In this document: positions 24,367 to 37,330 of the stretch, piece after piece
Numbering within the stretch: position 1 is the stretch's first letter
How the letters are laid out: each line of letters opens with the position of its first letter
DNA from: Psammoneis japonica
Lineage: Eukaryota
NCBI GenBank assembly: GCA_008632985.1
Contig: QPGO01000079.1
Span: 248,001 to 312,000 of the forward strand
Direction of reading: 5' to 3'
Length of the DNA: 64,000 nucleotides
Translations under genes and position numbers: made by a program
The notes under the pieces: model-generated
Told to the model about the DNA's origin: nothing
Seen by the model: the letters and a program-made list of their open reading frames with translations, nothing else
The model's database searches: none

Positions 24367-25539
24367 ATGGCAGACAACACAGGGGATGAGCCGCAGAAAC
24401 CAGCGCAACGTGACATTAGCAAGGAAGATCTTGCAAAGCTCCCTTTGATTTCTTGGAATGGAGCGGTGGAGGTTCTCGAGACGGCGCAAGAAATGCATGC
24501 AGCTGTGCGGAGAATTCTCAAACAAAAAGACAGCAACAGCAAGACAATCCTCGGCTTTGACACAGAGACCCGCCCAAACTTTAGAAAAGGAGGTTGGAAT
24601 CCGACGGCGTTGGTTCAGGTTGCTACTCATGACACGGTGTACTTGTTCCGTATTTGTAAGCTTTGGCGGCATACTTTCACGCCGTTGATCCCTCTGCTAG
24701 AGCACAGTGATTTTCTCAAGTGCGGTGTGGGCATCAGCCAGGACGTCACGGAGCTACAAAAAGTCGAATCATTCACGCCACGGGGATTCATGGAGATTGT
24801 TGATTTTACGAGGTGGCAGCTCAACATCAAGCCGGGAGGTTTACGTAGTCTCGTCGGTTTCTTGCTGCATGGCCGGCTCTCCAAAGCGGCTCAAATGAGC
24901 AATTGGGCCAAGGACAAGCTCGAACCAAAAGAGATTCAGTATGCAGCAACTGATGCGTGGGTTGGACGAGAATTGTACGTAAAAGCAACTCAAGAGCAGG
25001 CGGAACTTGGTTTGCCGCCCGTTCCTGATATTGATTTCAAAGAAGTTGCACGGAGAAAAGCAGAGAGAGCGAAGAAGAAAGCAGAGGAGGCAAAGGAAGC
25101 GGAGAAAAACAGAAATATTGCTTCCATGAAAGTTGCCAACAAGAATGTCACTACAGTAGGTACCGAGAATAGGCCAGAAAGACCGGCTCAACGAGACCTA
25201 AGCAATATTCATGGTCTTCCATCCATTTCAAGGGCGAAGAGGAAAGCAGAGGATGCAAACGAAGCGAAGAACAATAGAAGAATTGCTTCTCCGAACATTG
25301 CCAGCAAGAATGCCACTACCAAGAGCGGGACAGAAAGACCGTCTCAACGAAATGTCAGCAAGAAAGCTATTCGTCATCTTCCATCCATTCCAAGGGAGAA
25401 CTTTGCCAGCAAGGATGCCACTGCCATGAGCGGGCCAGAAAGACCTTCTCAACGAAACGTTAGCAAGAAAGATATTCGTGGTGTTCGATCCATTTCAAGG
25501 TATAAGAACAAAGCAGAGAATGCAAAGGATGCGAAATAA
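24367..25539 (+). CDS. DEDDy 3'-5' exonuclease (WRN-exo/RNase D-like) with a repetitive basic tail
   Basis: ILGFDTETRP (Exo I), KCGVGISQD (Exo II), QMSNW...QYAATDAW (Exo III); 390-aa uninterrupted ORF. Confidence 0.9.
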   Translation: MADNTGDEPQKPAQRDISKEDLAKLPLISWNGAVEVLETAQEMHAAVRRILKQKDSNSKTILGFDTETRPNFRKGGWNPTALVQVATHDTVYLFRICKLWRHTFTPLIPLLEHSDFLKCGVGISQDVTELQKVESFTPRGFMEIVDFTRWQLNIKPGGLRSLVGFLLHGRLSKAAQMSNWAKDKLEPKEIQYAATDAWVGRELYVKATQEQAELGLPPVPDIDFKEVARRKAERAKKKAEEAKEAEKNRNIASMKVANKNVTTVGTENRPERPAQRDLSNIHGLPSISRAKRKAEDANEAKNNRRIASPNIASKNATTKSGTERPSQRNVSKKAIRHLPSIPRENFASKDATAMSGPERPSQRNVSKKDIRGVRSISRYKNKAENAKDAK

Positions 25540-25559
25540 ACAACAGAGAAATTGCTTCC

Positions 25560-26237
25560 ACAAACGTTGCCAGCAATGTCACTACCAAGAGCAGACCAGA
25601 AAGACCGGCTTCGACGAGTCATTGGCAAGAAAGGTATTAGCGATCTTCCTTCGATTTCTTGGAATGGACGTGTATAGTTCTTGAAACCGCAAGGCCAATG
25701 AAGGAGGCTGTGGATAAAATCCTGAAAGACAAAGACAACCGGAACAAGACAATCGTTGGATTTGTCACTGAGACGGCTATCGTGAAAGAGGGGCGGCATC
25801 CACCGGCGCTAGTTCAGATTGCATCTGAAGATACAGTGTACCTATTTCGCATCTGCAAGCTTCCCAAGTCTACTTTGACGCCATTGATCCCCTTGCTAGA
25901 GAACAGCGATATTCTCAAATGAGGTATACGCCAGAACGTGGCGGAGCTACAAAAAATCGAAGCCTATACACCTCGGGAATTCGTGCATATTACGGACATT
26001 ACCTCCTGTCAACTCAACATCAAGCCACAAAGCTTGCGGGGTCTTGTTGGCGTGTTGTTGAACAGACAGCTGTCTGATGGGTTTCAACGGAACAAATGGG
26101 ATTGGGAGAAAACACAAAGCCTGGAACCAGGGGAAGTTCGCCACACGGCAACAAAGGCCTGGGCAGGGCTGGAAGTGCACATCAAGGCAAGCGACGAATT
26201 GTCGCACAGGTTGATGTCGAGGAGGACTCACCAGTGA
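25560..26237 (+). pseudogene. Second, disrupted exonuclease domain downstream of the intact ORF
   Basis: KTIVGFVTET (catalytic D->V), PALVQIA, LIPLLENSDILK*, SLRGLVG, RHTATKAW; stops and frameshifts. Confidence 0.85.
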
Positions 26238-27090
26238 GTGAAAAGCCGGCGGAGAATCGCGGATGAAAGAACACGGAAAACAAAGAGAACAGGGGAGACA
26301 CAAACAAGACTGTCACAAAATCGACAGTGCTGCTTGCCCAGGGCAAGGATCAAAGTCAGAATGCTATGTGGAGGAAAAATGAAAAGGGGCGGAGAGGTGA
26401 CAAGAATGATGCCACAGGATCCAACGGGTCGCCAGCAAGAAAGGCGGCCAAGGTTGCTGACGCACACCTGCAAAGCGTGTGCTGATTTACTGCATTGTGC
26501 AAAAACGACGAGGTGCGACTTGGAGGGTTGCATGTTGGCACATTGCACTACATAATGGCCGACAGGCGTCTCTCTATTGCCATGGATCGAAAGCCTGTTG
26601 AGAAGACTCCGCCAGCTGTGTCACATTGGATTGCTGCGTCGTGAGACAGTGTAGATTGCACAGACAATTTCATAGTTCGACATGATGCATGCTAAGCATT
26701 TCATGTTCCACTCGATACAGTATGGTGCCCTTCTTGAAATGAAAGCGTGTTCCATTCTTGTCTTTACCAGGCCCCTTGCAGCGATGCCGCTTCATGGTGC
26801 TTCTCCTTAGCAGGCAAAGTTGAAGTACATAGAGAGGTTTGGTTTGTGGGAGCTCGAGCCGATGAAGTAGATGTGGTATAGATTCTACTTACGATCATTT
26901 GCGTAGCATCGTACTGATGACCGCCATGGCGAAGCACAAAAAAACCCCGCGAAAGCTGGAACGAACGCAGGCGCAGCCGTGCGACCCAAGAGCAAAGCAG
27001 CGGTGTGCGGAACGATATTCTAAAACATTTCTGTTGCTGCAGAGTGGAGATATACCTTTGCAACTCTCGTTTCATAAGTTGTTTTTGTCA

Positions 27091-30000
27091 ATGTCTGAGT
27101 TGCTTTCCGATCCGAGCGACGAAATGTACCAAAGTCCCTCCTGGAGCAACCGCGTCCACGTTGTGGTGCATCCGGTGCTGCAAATGTCGGTGGCGGCGGA
27201 TTCTCTGCCTCCTATTTTCTATTCTGTCTCGATCAATGGAAAACTTGCGGCCATGGCGCTGGTAGTTGGATATATAGCATTTTTGATCTGCTTGACCCCA
27301 ATGTGGCTTCTTTCCAAACTAATCACCGAAGCCGGAGTGTATGCGCTGATGGTCTGCACCGTCGTCTTCCTTGGAAGAGCTCTCGTGAGGTAAGCTGTGA
27401 ACCTGCCAGCATTTATTCAGGAATTGAATGGCAGGCTGAAGGATAAGAACTCACATTCTCTGTTACTGCAAACAGATTGCTTGTTTTTCCCGGATCATCT
27501 CACAAAGTGTATGGAGAAATCGAGACAGAGTTTGCTCGGTATTCTGTTCGAATGTTGCAAACGGCGTGTAATACATTTATGGATTTGTGTTCTTCTTTGT
27601 TAATGTTGAAGAATAAGGAGGTCACTGACTCTTCCTCAAATCTAGGCGGCGCTGTGTTGCATCGGGATGTCTCTGTGCTTTGGAAAAGGGCGTGTGCCTA
27701 TCGGAATCGAGTCATCAAAGTTTACGTGGAAGTATTGCAGTTTCTCCTCCGTGACAGCGAAGCGGAACCGTATCACCCTTTGGAGACATTGGAGACTTGG
27801 AAGGAGTTTCGGTAAGTTTCAAGGGCTTCTCTGATGAATTTACCCGAAATCAAAAGTCCTCACCTGATGCTGTTGTGGCGGAACGTTTCTCTTTCTATCC
27901 GTAGCTTCAAGCACAGGAGGATGCAAAAGTACTCCTGAGTCTCCTCCAGCGAGTGTTGCAGAATATCAACAAATTAGAAGAACAGGTGCCCTCTTTGAAG
28001 ACGAAAACTACCTCTTCAATTTCTAATGAAGCTCGGATCACTGCAAAAACACTTTTGGACGACACTACAGAATTGAGAGACATTGTAACGTCCTTTAGGC
28101 CACAAGGCTCACCGGATGACGAGGAACAGTCCGAGTATGGATCTGAAACCGAGGATCAAGAGCGAGACGGCAGCGCTTCTCTTCGGGACCAGCTACAAAG
28201 ACAGGGAGGATCTTCAGTGGATGCGGTCAAGTCTATATTCTCGTCCGTAGGATCAATGCTAGATCCTCCTCCTCACTCATCGATATTTGGCTTTGATGTC
28301 CTTCGGGGGTGCGTCTTGTCTAGATATCGGGGAGCTCAACAGTTTTGGGTGCATCGGCCAGGTGGTGGAATGATTGATGTGCTGTACATACCTTCTGTTT
28401 CTGCTGCAAACGACGCCGGTGCCAGAACAAGACGAAAAGCGGTGCTTTATTGCAACCCGAATGCCGGTCTGATTGAAGTAGCTGCGGGCATGAGTCTTGC
28501 GGGAGGAAATGTTGATCCAGACGAAGAGGGAGGGCCTGATGCGGGCTGGACTGACTTTTACATTGATAATGGCTATGACATGTATCTGTTCAATTACGCT
28601 GGGTTTGGCCGAAGTTTCGGTTCGAACTTGTGTTCCATACCCAACGTGAGCCCCAATGTTCCCGGATTGTTTGCACGTGTGAACCGCATCGTTCGATCAT
28701 GCTTCTTTGGTTTCAAGGTGAGTTCTCGTTATTCGGCTTACGTTTGTCGCCGCTCCCTTGACGAAAAGCTATCCGGTCGTCATAGCGATTCTAACTTTGC
28801 ACCTTTACTCGCCCGAATCTTTTCAGCCTTCACCTGATTCGTTACGTCAAGATGCTGCGACGGTGGGCAAACACATTATCACCGAGATTGGTGTAGAGTC
28901 CCTTGTCGTTCACGGTGAGAGTATCGGAGGGTTGGCGGCTGCAGGAGCTGCTCGTGAGCTTAGTACAACCTCAACGACTCGGGATGGGTTTTCTTTATTG
29001 GTTTGTGATCGAACGTTTTGTAATTTGGAAGGAGTTGCACAACGGCTTGTTGGTAAGTATACACTTCGAATACCGCACTTGCCTCGAGGACGGTGGATTC
29101 ATGCTATTTTTCAAAACGTCTTCTCTTGCCATAGGCAAATGGACGGGCCCTGCAATACGAATGCTTGTTCCATTCTGGAATACGGATATTGCCGCCGATT
29201 TTCTCTCCGTCGACGGTCCTAAAGTTATGGCAATTGACGCCGGAGATGCAATTATTGCGGATGCGTCTTCTCTGAAATCGGGGGTTGCGTTCGCAAAGGA
29301 GATTCTGAACGAGAGACAGACGAAGGATATATGTTGGATGTCGGACGCCCCGTTGGACTACCGAATGGCTGACTGGGAGAATGTGGGTGTCATTGGTGAG
29401 TTCGTAAGAAATGTTTTAAAGAAAGGTGGCCAACTGTATTCTCACTAGCGCTTTCTTTTGTTGTGGGTATCAAAGAATCCAAGTATGTGCAGTCGACCGG
29501 AACGCAGGTTCGGGCTCCCATGTGGCCCGCCGACAAACAAATTACGATCCAGGAAGCTTTCCACTTCGCCTCTTGTGCTCGGAGGGTCGGTAAGGTCGCA
29601 ACATCTGAAAAGCATGGTCTACCCTGTTCACCGAGAACAGAACAGTCTCAAGACGATGAAGAAGAGGGGATCGAGGTGACATCTCTTATTCTGGAAGTTG
29701 AAGAAGACACTAGCAACGGAAATATGCCGACCAGTCCAACCGGAGGCAATCAAGACCTTCAGAATGCGTGGAAGGCACTGGCTTGTTGTGATGGTCTTTG
29801 TGGAGCACCTCTAGGTTTGGCGGTGAAAGATGGTTCTGATTGTACTGTTTACTGGCTATGTTCCACTCTGACATTTGGCGGTCAAATTGTGGCCGAGGCC
29901 GCCGAGAAAAGAACAAGTATTGACACGGCACAAGGAGACAAGAAGGAGCCTGTTGCAATCAAAGCTGCAGATTTTGATTGCAGACCGTCGGGGTACGAAA

Positions 30001-30395
30001 AGGAAGAAAGTGGGGCGTTCGTTCATCCCATTCCGATTCCAACGGTCATTGACACATTGAAAGAGCTTCTAAACGGACGAAGCCTTGCAATAAGGAATGG
30101 TATGTCCTGTGCTTTTGTACGTACTCTATTGATAAACGCTATTGCTCATGAGTTTCTCTGCTCTTTCCGCTCTGAAAGTGGACCACGAGATTCGCTACTG
30201 TTTGAAAACGCTCGAGTATGTGGTAGCTCGACTCACATCTCGGCAGGTTGTGGAAGAGTCGCGAAGGAATTATCATTTGAGGGGTGCGTTACTTCTTTTT
30301 TGAACTTACATTGTGGGCATAACAATCAGTACTCGGCAGAAGAAAAGCTCAAGCTGAGAGCACTATTGCAGAGAGTGGATTCAGCGAACCGGTGA
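27091..30395 (+). CDS. Membrane-anchored alpha/beta-hydrolase (ABHD-like), multi-exon
   Basis: N-terminal TM helices; KAVLYCNPNAG, FNYAGFGRS, HGESIGG (GxSxG) and DRTFCNL motifs; several GT-AG introns. Confidence 0.8.
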
Positions 30396-30940
30396 ACGCG
30401 GGTTCTGTCGACTTTGAATTTGGAGAAATCACAGTCGTTCATAGACGGAGAAACTAGACTGGCTATTGAAACCATGTATTTCTTTCTTACAAACAGTATA
30501 ATGCAGGTTCCATCTTGCACAATAGTCAGTCCACAATTTGGAATGCATGTGATAAAAGATGTACCAACTGAGCGAGGTACCTGCGAGAGAGATTGACCAC
30601 TGACCACATTTTAGTGTGTAGGCCCTACCTACTTACCGATAGAGACAGAGCCTCCCTACTCTCTATCCATACTAGCGAGCTACTCTAGAGAGCTCTAGCT
30701 AGAGAGCTCCAGCTGGCTAGAGAGTAGAGAGAGAGAGAGAGAGAGTAGAGCGATAGCGAGCGAGCGAGCGAGATTGTGTATCCGTTCAGCCTGTCTGTCG
30801 ATCGTTCGACTCACGTAGAACCTACGGTGCTGGTACTACCGTATGGGCGATCTTTCATTTTTTTTCTTCTCGTCGCTCGTCGCATTGTTTTGCTGTTTCA
30901 GCAAGTGTTCGTTGCAGTGTTGTCTCCCGTCGCTCTCATC

Positions 30941-31394
30941 ATGTCTGAACAAGTCCGTGTCGCTCATTTACTTATCAAACACTCGGGTAGCCGCAATCCC
31001 ATCAGTCGTCGCACCGGTCAAAGCACAGAGAACGTGTCACCGCAAGCCGCGATGCAGGAACTGCAAACCATCAAGAAAAGATTCGCAGCGAGGGCGTGGA
31101 CAAGTGCTTTGCCACGTACGCCAGAGAGCGGTCAGATTGCGGATCCTTTCAAAAAGGAGGTGATTTGGGATACTTTGGTATGCCATCTGTCCCTGTTCAT
31201 ACCATTTTCTTGTACGTTGTTGATGATTTGCTTACTGCTTGTGTCTTGTTTGTCGTCGTGCCGATTGTGTGAAACAAGGTCGGGGCCAAATGCAAAAGCC
31301 CTTTGAGGATGCTTCGTTTGCGCTACACAAGGGTCAAATGAGTGAAATTATCATGACCGATTCGGGGTATCATCTAATTTATCGAATTGATTAG
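30941..31394 (+). CDS. Parvulin/Pin1-type peptidyl-prolyl isomerase without WW domain (one intron, one apparent frameshift)
   Basis: [46 protein letters not shown] and TDSGYHLI. Confidence 0.9.
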
Positions 31395-31619
31395 AGTGGA
31401 AATTCGAGGGTATTTAGAAAGTATGAGTGGAGTCGTCGTCATTGTTTCTTCCAGTACCGGTATGCAAAGGTACCGCCATACATATCTCCTTGATTGCACG
31501 AAAGTATGCAGTAAGAAATAAGGTCCATCACGCTCATAGAAATTGCCTTTGTGCTTCATTAACTTAGAAGCATTACTCCTCCAAAACCAGTTCTCTCTCA
31601 TGGACATCCCCAGTTCTGG

Positions 31620-32700
31620 AAGCTCATAGTGCGGGCGACTTGTTCCCTGCCTCCTGCCTCGTCGATTCTTCTGCCAGTGAAGCGAAAACAGCAATTTTAT
31701 ACGCCCACAAGAGCATAAACATACCCCGAGCATTCTTGCTGTTAGCCTCCCAACATTTGTATTATGCTTGGTACGACTCTGAAATATCCTTGCGGATCAC
31801 TCGATTTCCCGTTACTCACTTTCTCATAGTTAGCCTTTTTTTTTCTTTTTTTTTTTAAAGTTGATTGACTCTCGCAACAATTCAGTCTTGTGCCGATTCA
31901 CCTTGATGTTGCTTGACTGGAGGAGCTGTCCGTTCTTCGATCCAGTCACCAATGCATTCCAGTCGATTTCATTGGCTTGCGTTTCGTGTCAGACAAAAGC
32001 TCATCGTGTGTCGTTTCCAAGTCGCTGCTTAGTGATTGGATTGAGCATCGTAGTTGTCGATCATTTCGATGTTATCAATATGATGCGCTCAAGCTCTTTC
32101 CGCCTCGAAGCCGTGTAGCTCCTCTCGCACATTTACGTTTGAAGCCATTCCACTGAAATCTTCTCACTATGGACCATCTTGCGGCTATTCGTCCGCTTAT
32201 CCGGTGCCGTGACAAGGCTGTCAATATCCTCATCTTTCTTATACTTCTCATTCACCAACTCGTCCTGTTCCTTTTCCAAGGTTTCAACCTGCTTCCGATG
32301 TTTCTCTTCAATTGCTCCATCCATTGAGCTCTTTTCCATCTTTCGGGTTTCGACCGTCATTTTTTGTCAAAATCCACAACAAAAGGAGCTTCATGTTTCG
32401 CGCCCGAGCGGAGAACGGAGAATCAAAGGGATCCAGTTGAGGAGCTCAGGAGCCGGCACCCACTTCAGCGCTGTTCCTGGGAACACTGTGTTTTCAAAGC
32501 AAACAGTTTTGCTCCCTGCACCTCGAAGACGCTGCTCTTGAGCTGCACTCCTGCAAGGCCTTGCTTCTTGGGCTGAAACAGGCGTTTCGCACGGTCCATC
32601 TTTCTTTTGGTGGTGGGGATGGAAGCCGTGTGAACAAATTCAAAAGAATGCTTTCCCTCACAAACAGGAGCGCAGCAGATTGCTGAGGCTCATTTGTGGG
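31620..32700 (-). pseudogene. Degenerate paralog of the coiled-coil gene at 37900-40282
   Basis: Shared segments tctgaaatatcctt (about 31777 vs 38547), caattc.g.cttgtgccg and ttccagtcgatt; broken frames. Extent approximate. Confidence 0.6.
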
Positions 32701-33049
32701 AAACCCGAAATGCAAAGTGCAAAGTGTTGCAACAAACTGGTCGAATGTTTTGAAAACTGGCAGGAAAAAGCATACGATGGACTGTCATCGCTGCGACTGT
32801 CAGAAATCAAGGCATGAAACAATTGTCATTTTGTCTGACGTTGAGCACAGCACGAGGGGAAAGGGAGCCCTTGCGGACAGTGCTGCACCGAGTTTTTTCC
32901 CCACTGTCCATCTTGGTCTCACTCAATTCGAGCAAGGATCGAGTTGCGGCGGCTTTTGAACGCAAATCGTTGCAAAGATGGTGAAACTCGTCAGCACGGG
33001 AGTGCTCCTTCTTTTGGCTTCTATAAACCGCATGGTGGAAGTGCTCAAA

Positions 33050-36000
33050 TGATGGTGTGTGTGGCAAACACAAAATCGCTGTCCAAATCAAGTGCATCGT
33101 GCTTTTGTCGTGTCTTCCTTTTTGTCGTGGTCATCTGACAGTCTTGCAATTCTTGTGAACACGGCAGGGTGCATGTTGCAACCTGGGGGCCAACAACAAC
33201 AGGTGTGAACAACGGACTCAGTCAAGTTGCAGCACAGACATGGGCCAGTGGCAGGGACCTCTCACTGCTTGTGAAGGCTCACAGTCCAACCGTTGCCTGA
33301 AAGGTGCATGTTGCGAGGGGGACGGCCGTTGCCGTAACAGACGTCCTTTGAGTTGCGCTGGTACCGGCACTCACTTGGGCAACAACGTTGAATGTAGTGA
33401 TGACCCTTGCCCATGCCCCAACTCAGTAAGTGTGATGAATGCCAAACCAACTCACGTGTGTCTTGCACATATTTTCATGGTCATCGTAACTATAACACTG
33501 TTGTAACTATTTTGAAACTGGCAGGGCGCTTGTTGCTATAGAAACAATGCAAACGAACCAAGATGTCGAAATCGGAATGTGGGATTTTGCAGCGGTGTGT
33601 CCGGCCAATTCCAGGGCGTTGGCGAAAGATGCATCAACAGAAGTACATGCCCGACGACGCCCTCCCCAACTCCGAGCCCAACTCCAGCGCCGACGCCGTC
33701 ACCTACACCAGCGCCTACCCCGAGTCCAACACCTGCGCCGACGCCGTCACCTACTCCAGCACCTACACCTTCTCCAACCCCGAGTCCAACGCCGAGCCCA
33801 ACAATGGGCGCTTGCTGCCAAGGTATATATTGTCGAATTGCAGATCCACTTAACTGCCAAGGTCCTTACGAAAGCTACCAAGGAGATGACAGCCAGTGTT
33901 CTCACAATGGCATGTGCCCTAGTCCACCGCCAATGGCGCTTGCTGTAAAAAAAATGGAAGCTGTACAACTGAAAGTCCTCGTGATTGCCAAGGTCCTAAT
34001 GTACAGTACCAAGGAACTGGAAGCATGTGTTACAACGGCATGTGCCCTCGACCACCGCCAATGGGCGCTTGCTGTAAAAGAGATGGAAGCTGTACAACTG
34101 AAAGTCCTCGTGATTGCCAAGGTCCTAATGTACAGTACCAAGGAACTGGAAGCATGTGTTACAACGGCATGTGCCCTCGACCACCGCCAACGGGCGCTTG
34201 CTGCAAAAGAGATGGAAGCTGCACAATTGAAAGTCCTCGTGATTGCCAAGGTCCTGGTTTAGACTATCAAGGGAACGGCATTCGGTGCAACAATGGCATG
34301 TGCCCTCGACCACCGCCAATGGGCGCTTGCTGTAAAAGAGATGGAAGCTGTACAATTGAAAGTCCTCGTGATTGCCAAGGTCCTGGTTTAGACTACCAAG
34401 GAAATGGCAGCCGATGCATGAACGGCATGTGCCCTCGACCACCGCCAATGGGCGCTTGCTGCAAAAGAGATGGAAGCTGTACAATTGAAAGTCCTCGTGA
34501 TTGCCAAGGTCCTGGTTTAGACTACCAAGGAAACGGCATCAAGTGTAACAAAGGCATGTGCCCGACACCGTCGCCTACACCAGCTCCTACCCCGAGTCCT
34601 ACTCCAGCCCCGACACCTGCTCCGACGCCGTCACCGACCCCATCCCCAACACCAGCTCCGACGCCGTCCCCTACCCCAGCACCAACACCAGCCCCGACGC
34701 CGTCCCCAACACCAGCTCCAACGCCGAGTCCGACACCTGCTCCGACGCCGTCCCCAACACCAGCTCCGACACCAGCTCCGACGACGAGTCCAACACCTGT
34801 TCCGACGCCGTCCCCAACACCAGCTCCGACGACGAGTCCGACACCTGCTCCGACGCCGTCACCTACCCCAGCACCAACACCAGCTCCGACGACGAGTCCA
34901 ACACCTGTTCCGACGCCGTCCCCAACACCAGCTCCGACGACGAGTCGACACCTGCTCCGACGCCGTCCCCAACACCTGCTCCGACTCCAGCACTGACACT
35001 AGCACCAACGCCTGCTCCTACCCCAAGTCCGACACCAGCACCTACACCTGCTCCTACGCCGTCACCTACACCCGCGACACCGTCACCTACACCAGCACCG
35101 ACTCCTTCTCCGACCCCGAGCCCAACACCTGCACCTACGTCACCCTCCCGAGTTGGGAAGGGCGCTTGCTGCCCAAAAGCGGGCTCCAACAGGGTTTGCT
35201 TCAAGGGAACTATCGAAGAATGCATTGTTAACGGCGGAACCTTCCAAGGCAACGGTGTATTTTGTGAGGATGTGAAGTGCCCGACCTTGTCTCCCACCAC
35301 ATCTCCTACCGCGAGCCCTACCATGGCTCAACGACCCCGGCTCCAACCGCAGCTGCCACTCCGCCGGCTCCTACCAAAGCTCCTACTCTGCCACCAACGC
35401 AATTTGATCAGAGCCCTGGTGCGTGCTGCACCTTGTTTGATGGATGCAAGTTCTATTCGCAAGAGACGTGCGCGTTGGGTGGCGGCACTTTTCAGGGTCC
35501 CGGCAAACCGTGCAACGACGATTCAGTAGAATGTCCAATCAAGGGAGCTTGTTGTTTGGAGGATGGCTGCGAGATTACCTTCAAGAAGCAGTGTACCAAC
35601 CAAAATGGCATGTTCCAAGGATTTGGTGTAGAGTGTAAACTCGGTCTGTGCCCGACCAAACCTCCAACCCCGGCTCCTACCACCGCCAGGCCTACACAGA
35701 AACCCACCGTTATTCCTCCGCCGAATGGAGCGTGCTGTGACGTGGAGGAGGAAAGCTGTAAGGATTCTCCAGAGGACGACTGTTTTACAGGTGTATTCCT
35801 GGGACTGGGTTCCAAGTGCAAGCCAGGCATTTGTCCCACAAGGACATCCCCTGGTGCTTGTTGCCTCGCCAGTGGAGAGTGCCGCTTCTGGTCTCAAAAG
35901 ACCTGCGCTAAAAACGGACTACTCTTTCTGGGACCCGGTACAAGCTGTAAGAATGTTGTGTGCCCGGTACAGAAAGCAACGCCACCACCAACTCCTGCTG

Positions 36001-36571
36001 TTCAGACGAAACCGTTTGGAGCATGCTGCTTTCCAAATAGACTTTGTCGGAACCTCAGGCCGGGTGTTTGCAGGAAGAAGTACGGCGAGTTTCTGGGCTT
36101 GGGCACCGAGTGCAACCCCGACAATACGTGTCCTACCGCCAAGCCTCCGGCGCCGACTCCAGGAGCTGCAAGAAGGGCGCTTGTTGCCTCAAGAATGGCG
36201 TTTGCCGTTTCATCCCGCCTGGTAATTGCGAGAATAGGTACGGAAAGTTTGTGGGCCAAGGTGTCAAGTGTGGCCCCGGCAACTCGTGTCCTACCAATGA
36301 TCGCCCCGACACGGATAAGACCGGGTCGTGCTGCTTCTCCACGAAAGGAATTTGTAGGGTTTTTGTTGGAAGGAAGTGTATCGAAAAGGGAGGCCATTGG
36401 GGCGGTGCCAATACAGAGTGCTCTAGAAAGACATGTCCCGCGGCATATGGTGGCTGCTGCCTTCCTAGCGGACGGTGCAAGGTTGCGTCCGCCGCAGCTT
36501 GCAAACGTAAGAAGGGCTACCTTCAAGGACTGGGAACGACGTGCCGAAGAGTCAAGTGCGCTCCTTCCTGA
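33050..36571 (+). CDS. Cys-rich repeat / Pro-Thr mucin-like extracellular or cell-wall protein (several frameshifts, start uncertain)
   Basis: More than 12 GACC..G.C.......C....(F/Y)QG.G..C....CP modules separated by PTPSPTPA runs. Confidence 0.75.
33930..34560 (+). repeat. Five tandem 129-bp (43-aa) coding repeats
   Basis: ggaagctgYacaaYtgaaagtcctcgtgattgccaagg recurs every 129 bp. Confidence 0.92.
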
Positions 36572-37039
36572 TAAGCCAGGCACGTGTTGATGGAAGAATG
36601 GCAAGTGTTTCACGTTGACAAAGGCAAAATTGCGAAAGGAGGGGAGGTTTGTTCAAGGGGTAGTGCAAGAAATAATCAAGTGCGCGGCGTACACTCTTGA
36701 GGAGTCATCAGTTTTGAACTTTTCGTTCGCTCTAGAACACCAATATCTTGCCCTTTGGATTTTCATTTTCCAGACGAACTCATCCATCGATTACTTAATT
36801 TTGGAATTGCATGTTTACACATTTTCCGGTAGTAGAAATACTCGATAGAAGTGGAGTCAAGAATATATCAATCTGTCCAGGAACTAGTACACCTGGAAAC
36901 CGAAGAGAGCTGCTGATGAACGTGAGACATAGTATCAAGTAAACAGAACTAATCCAACTGCATTTTTGTTACCACGAATGTTTGGTGCTCTTACTTACTA
37001 TTGTAAACTGATTGATGTCTACGGTACTGTCTCTGCCTT

Positions 37040-37330
37040 ACACCGATGGACCAAATGGTGCTCGCCAATGAGTTCTCACGTCTTCCTGCAGGTTGAAGAT
37101 GCATCGCATGTGGACTTCCGCAAAATCTTGCAAACGTGAGAATGGTTACCCTCAAGGATTGAGCACGACATGCCGACGAGTCAATTGCGCCCTTCCGATT
37201 TGCAAGCCAGGCGCTTTGCTGCTGGAAGAATGGCAAGTGTCTTTCGTTAAATAGTCAAATTGCGAGACTATAGGCTTGTTCAAGGAATCTGGAACACCGA
37301 TGCCCTGCTTATCCCGGCGACAAGTGATCA
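37040..37330 (+). pseudogene. Decayed direct duplicate of the 3' end of the Cys-rich gene
   Basis: cttgcaaacgt..., gagtcaa.tgcgc and tggaagaatggcaagtgt match about 36497-36610. Confidence 0.7.
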
